DNA of 62,309 bases from the NCBI GenBank assembly GCA_045597865.1, contig JAZLKX010000018.1, positions 1 to 62,309 on the forward strand, given 5' to 3'. Shown here in pieces: positions 59,032-62,309 of the stretch. Every line of letters starts with the position of its first letter. Position 1 is the first letter of the stretch. The DNA comes from Bacilli bacterium (GTDB taxonomy: Bacteria; Bacillota_I; Bacilli_A; RFN20; CAG-826). The position numbers and the translations under genes were made by a program. The notes under the pieces are model-generated. The model made no database searches and was not told where the DNA came from. It saw only the letters and a list, made by a program, of their open reading frames with translations.

Positions 59032-59683
59032 TTTTGCTCACCAAATCCCTCATAAAGGTTCCTTTCTCTTCATTACAAATTTCTAAAAGTTCTTCATATT
59101 TTAATTTTGCATTATTTATTCGAGTTACATACCTAACATGATATTCTTGACCAACTTCACTACTATTTAGATGTTTAATTAGATCGAACATTGGCTTTGT
59201 TTTAAATGCATACTGAACACCAAGTTCACCAAGAAAATAAATTTCTTCTAATCTTTCAAGTGATATTTTGTTTTCAATGAATGCTCTAGGGAAAGCAAAG
59301 TATGAGTCATCTGCTCTATATCCAATAATTAAGTCATATTGCTCTACATCAATGTAATATTTTGATAAGAATTCAAATGCTCTTTTATTTCTCTTTACAA
59401 AATCATCTGATAAGAATCTAAATTTAAGAAGTATTGCAATCCAATTCAAAGCTGAATATTTGGTTTTATCAGTTAGGTCTAATATCTTTGCATTCTCAGG
59501 AATAGAAATTGAGAAAGTATTTAAATATCCAAAGTTAGATTCTTTACACGCCCATTCTTTTCCTAGTTCTTCATCAATTGCACAATAAAAACATAAACCA
59601 TAATCGTTATGTTTATTACCATAACCAAATACTGGTTTTTTAATCAGTCTTTCAGAGCCGTGATAAACAACAATATTTTTCAT
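59024..59683 (-). CDS. DUF3990 protein
   Basis: VYHGS, NDYGLCFYC, YDLIIGYRADDSYF, LGELGVQY. Confidence 0.8.
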   Translation of the reverse strand: MKNIVVYHGSERLIKKPVFGYGNKHNDYGLCFYCAIDEELGKEWACKESNFGYLNTFSISIPENAKILDLTDKTKYSALNWIAILLKFRFLSDDFVKRNKRAFEFLSKYYIDVEQYDLIIGYRADDSYFAFPRAFIENKISLERLEEIYFLGELGVQYAFKTKPMFDLIKHLNSSEVGQEYHVRYVTRINNAKLKYEELLEICNEEKGTFMRDLVSKND

Positions 59684-59763
59684 GTCTCAATTATAAATCA
59701 TAAAATTATAAAGTTCAATATTATAGTAGTGTTTTTTCACTACTGATTTTATATTATAAGTTT

Positions 59764-59928
59764 ACTACTTCCATATTGATTCTAAAAACATAAGAGAAAC
59801 AATTAAAGGCAACCAAACCCAATCTAAGGGTTATACCTTTAAATTAAAAGAGGAGAATTAATCTCCTTTTTATCTCTTTTCATTCTAGGTTACTAACCTT
59901 TAACCGTAGGATGAAAAGACCGAATTTT
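59764..59928 (+). repeat. Repeat unit E: displaced NUMOD1 3' end + terminator + hairpin (59875-59919)
   Basis: Encodes YFHIDSKNIRETIKGNQTQSKGYTFKLKEEN* with mostly synonymous differences from the gene. Confidence 0.9.
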
Positions 59929-60021
59929 AATCTCGCATATATAGGTTTAATCTCGCAAAAACCATATGAAATTGCGAGAATAACGCCTAATACTTTGACT
60001 TTTTTAAAAAATTAAAAGCCG

Positions 60022-61005
60022 TCAGAAAATGTGTGTTTTCCAAAATAAGTCGCCAGAAAAAGTGTTATTAATAAGGTCTTTAATATTGCTAGTCACTAAT
60101 TTTGCCCATCTTGTTTTCGCATTTTGATTCAATGATGAACGATTAATTATTTCGATAATAATATCTTTTTTATTATCAATGCTATTGATTATATTATCTG
60201 CAGCTTTTTCATCTATACCTACATTAGATGCAAATTTGTAGAAGTCTCTTTTTAATAAAGATTTCTTTTTTCCGTTAAATCTCATTCCAAGTTCTTCAGC
60301 GTCAGTAGTTAAAATAACCTTAGTTGGTAGTAAGTCATAAAATTTAGATAATGATAATTTCCCATCATCATCCATAATAAAAGAAAAGTTTTTTAAATGA
60401 ACATCACTATTTCCTATAACAAAACAGAAATATAAGCATCTAAACAAGTTTAATTTATCAAGAGTAGGATTTTTACTACGATTATCTATTAATTTCATAC
60501 ATTCTTCATAAGAAGAACGATATTTATTTTCTGTTGTGGTTAATGTTGCTTGAGCAAAATCTTCCATATGTATTTTGTTGATTCCATTTCGATCTATACG
60601 TTTAGTAATGTATGCCAATTCTTTTTGCTCATTTATTTCTATCAAAGCATGCGGAACAACTGATAAACCACATTCTTCAGCGATAAGCATTGCAGTATGT
60701 TCAAATTCTGGCAATTGCTTATATTTACTCGTTTGTGGCTTTAAAATGTAACCTGATGGAAAACCAATAATAGTTAATCTTGGTCTTCTTGTTTTTTCTA
60801 AGTCTAGGTGCAATGATAGTTTTTCTTGCACTCCTGCAATTGCACTACTTTTTTCTAATTGAGCGATAGCAAGCTTTTTTATATCTTTGTCATTAATAGA
60901 GATTTCTGGTAAAGATGACGTGCCAAAAAAGTGTTTAATGCAACTTTTATGCCATAAACCTTCTTTAATTTCTTTTCCACAACACTGGCAATATTTCTTT
61001 TCCAT
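60022..61005 (-). CDS. HipA-family kinase (HipT-like)
   Basis: AIAGVQEKLS, YILKP, HMEDF, GNSDVHLKNFS, FYDL; N-terminal CQCC..HKSC. Confidence 0.9.
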   Translation of the reverse strand: MEKKYCQCCGKEIKEGLWHKSCIKHFFGTSSLPEISINDKDIKKLAIAQLEKSSAIAGVQEKLSLHLDLEKTRRPRLTIIGFPSGYILKPQTSKYKQLPEFEHTAMLIAEECGLSVVPHALIEINEQKELAYITKRIDRNGINKIHMEDFAQATLTTTENKYRSSYEECMKLIDNRSKNPTLDKLNLFRCLYFCFVIGNSDVHLKNFSFIMDDDGKLSLSKFYDLLPTKVILTTDAEELGMRFNGKKKSLLKRDFYKFASNVGIDEKAADNIINSIDNKKDIIIEIINRSSLNQNAKTRWAKLVTSNIKDLINNTFSGDLFWKTHIF

Positions 61006-61316
61006 TACTTGACCTCTTTAACCGATACAGCTCCAATAGTGTCATTACCAAGTAATAATAATAACGACATCCTGTCATTTTGATTTAGTTTCCAGTTTTC
61101 CTTAGCAACATCAAGAAGCCATCCTTCCACAATAAGGCCATCAAAAAACGGAAACAAAGTTTTCGAAACAAAAACTTCTTTCTGAAGAGGAAAATTAACC
61201 GATATTGGATGGCCTTTCTCAATAAAGTCTAAAGTGTATTGAAATTCATAATGATCATCAAAGTCAGTTAGAAAACCTGCTAATAAATCTTGAAAATATA
61301 CTTCTGCTCTTCTCAT
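61005..61316 (-). CDS. HipA N-terminal domain protein (HipS-like)
   Basis: AGFL, YEFQY, PISVNFP, LFPFFDGLIVEGW, DTIGAVSV. Confidence 0.88.
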   Translation of the reverse strand: MRRAEVYFQDLLAGFLTDFDDHYEFQYTLDFIEKGHPISVNFPLQKEVFVSKTLFPFFDGLIVEGWLLDVAKENWKLNQNDRMSLLLLLGNDTIGAVSVKEVK

Positions 61317-61318
61317 GT

Positions 61319-61525
61319 CTATTTATTAATTTGTGTTACTGTTAACTCCAAACTAAATAATTTAAGTATCTTATTTAAACTATTTACATTAGGAGAAGAT
61401 GTTCCTTGTTCAATAGCTCTTATTGTTGCAAGTGAAACACCGGAAAGTAACGCAAGTTCCTCTTGTGACATATTATGCTCTCTACGAGCTTTTTTAATAA
61501 TTTGAGAAAAATATAAATCTTTCAT
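61319..61525 (-). CDS. XRE HTH regulator (HipB-like)
   Basis: MSQEELALLSGVSLATIRAIEQG. Confidence 0.88.
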   Translation of the reverse strand: MKDLYFSQIIKKARREHNMSQEELALLSGVSLATIRAIEQGTSSPNVNSLNKILKLFSLELTVTQINK

Positions 61526-61670
61526 GGCAATATTATCTTATTAATTATTATAAATATCAAGAAAATTATATAGAAAAATAGATAATTCTACATTTTCTAA
61601 TACCAATTATATACTTTTTTATATAGTTTGTATCGATTTAATGATGTTTTTTTATTGAATTTATTATTAA

Positions 61671-61845
61671 TGTTTTTGGATGTGCTCACTACTTACATAT
61701 TGATCCTAAAAACATAAGAGAAACTATTAAAGAAAAACAAAGTCAATCTAAAGGATATACCTTCAAATTAAAAGAAGAGGAATTATCCTCTTCTCTTGTC
61801 TCTTTTCAATCAAGGTTACTTGATTACTTTAACCGTAGTTTGAAA
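61671..61845 (+). repeat. Repeat unit F: displaced NUMOD1 3' end + terminator + hairpin (61801-61845) truncated by IS
   Basis: Encodes CAHYLHIDPKNIRETIKEKQSQSKGYTFKLKEEE; hairpin nearly identical to D up to GAAA. Confidence 0.9.
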
Positions 61846-62309
61846 GGCTCTCCACTTTTTAATGGGGGTGGGTATTTTTCACTACCCCCACTAGAGTGTG
61901 GAGCTAGAATAGTAATTTTATTAAATCCTTGTAAAATAAGTTTGGGCAACAATTTACAAGGGGGGATCATATGACTGATACCATTAATATTCTATCATTT
62001 TTAGGTATTCCATAAAAAGAAATAAAAAAACATTTCGATTGAATACGAAAACGAAGAAGCTTTTGTTATTATTGATTTGAAGGACATAAGAGAAAAATGC
62101 CCAAAAGTGGATCAAAAAATATAGCAATAAAAGATTATTACGACGTTTGCATCAGAAATTCAGTTCTTACAAATAAAAAGATGCATGTTGAAATACACAT
62201 GCGCAGGTATGTTTGTAAGGACTGCAAAAAATCATTTAGACAAAAAATTAATTTCTATGATGCGTATTGTGACATTTCTAATGAAACAAAGTTTCAAATT
62301 GCCCAGGAA
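61846..62309 (+). mobile_element. ISL3-family element, left end (runs off the window)
   Basis: Begins GGCTCT (ISL3-type terminus), followed by an ISL3-like transposase start. Confidence 0.65.
61971..62309 (+). pseudogene. Frameshifted ISL3-like transposase N-terminus
   Basis: Fragments in different frames: MTDTINILSFLGIP*, EKCPK, IKDYY, RRYVCKDCKKSF (zinc finger). Confidence 0.65.

Noticed and set aside
57711-61845. Diversity-generating retroelement (VR/TR pairs at gene 3' ends, also 43403-47148)
   Set aside because: Differences are not adenine-specific but mostly synonymous third-position changes; no reverse transcriptase in the window
43521-61845. Classical integron attC sites, CRISPR repeats or Xer/dif sites
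   Set aside because: No RYYYAAC...GTTRRRY arrangement or IntI; spacing is kilobases, not spacer-sized; variable loop length does not fit a fixed 28-bp dif site
42000-62309. Prophage or ICE
   Set aside because: No integrase, relaxase, conjugation, replication or virion genes in the window
1-62309. Genetic code 4 (Mycoplasma-like)
   Set aside because: Conserved genes such as rnj end at TGA and long ORFs are intact under code 11

Overview
Low-GC bacterial chromosomal window, standard genetic code (TGA used as stop); gene content (spx, ylbF-like, rnj, proS, trpS) suggests a reduced gut/rumen Bacilli lineage (inference). 1-21.5 kb: housekeeping genes plus five tRNAs (Asp, Gly, three Ser), with many apparently leaderless genes. 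23.2-41.9 kb (minus strand): a tightly packed 8-gene operon joining four large repeat-rich surface proteins (one with a catalytically dead transglutaminase-like domain) and a WG-repeat lipoprotein to two membrane-anchored McrB-like AAA+ GTPases flanking a DUF2357 (McrC N-terminal-like) coiled-coil protein with no visible nuclease domain. This is the best candidate for an undescribed system. 42-62.3 kb: accessory region with a 2857-aa surface protein and several TA/defence-like modules. These modules sit as cassettes between repeated units of [3' end of a host gene + terminator + a conserved bulged hairpin]. Six hairpin copies occur at two unrelated target genes, suggesting an undescribed hairpin-directed cassette-accretion mechanism. 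An ISL3-like element begins inside the last hairpin. All family calls come from motif recognition by eye, not database searches.
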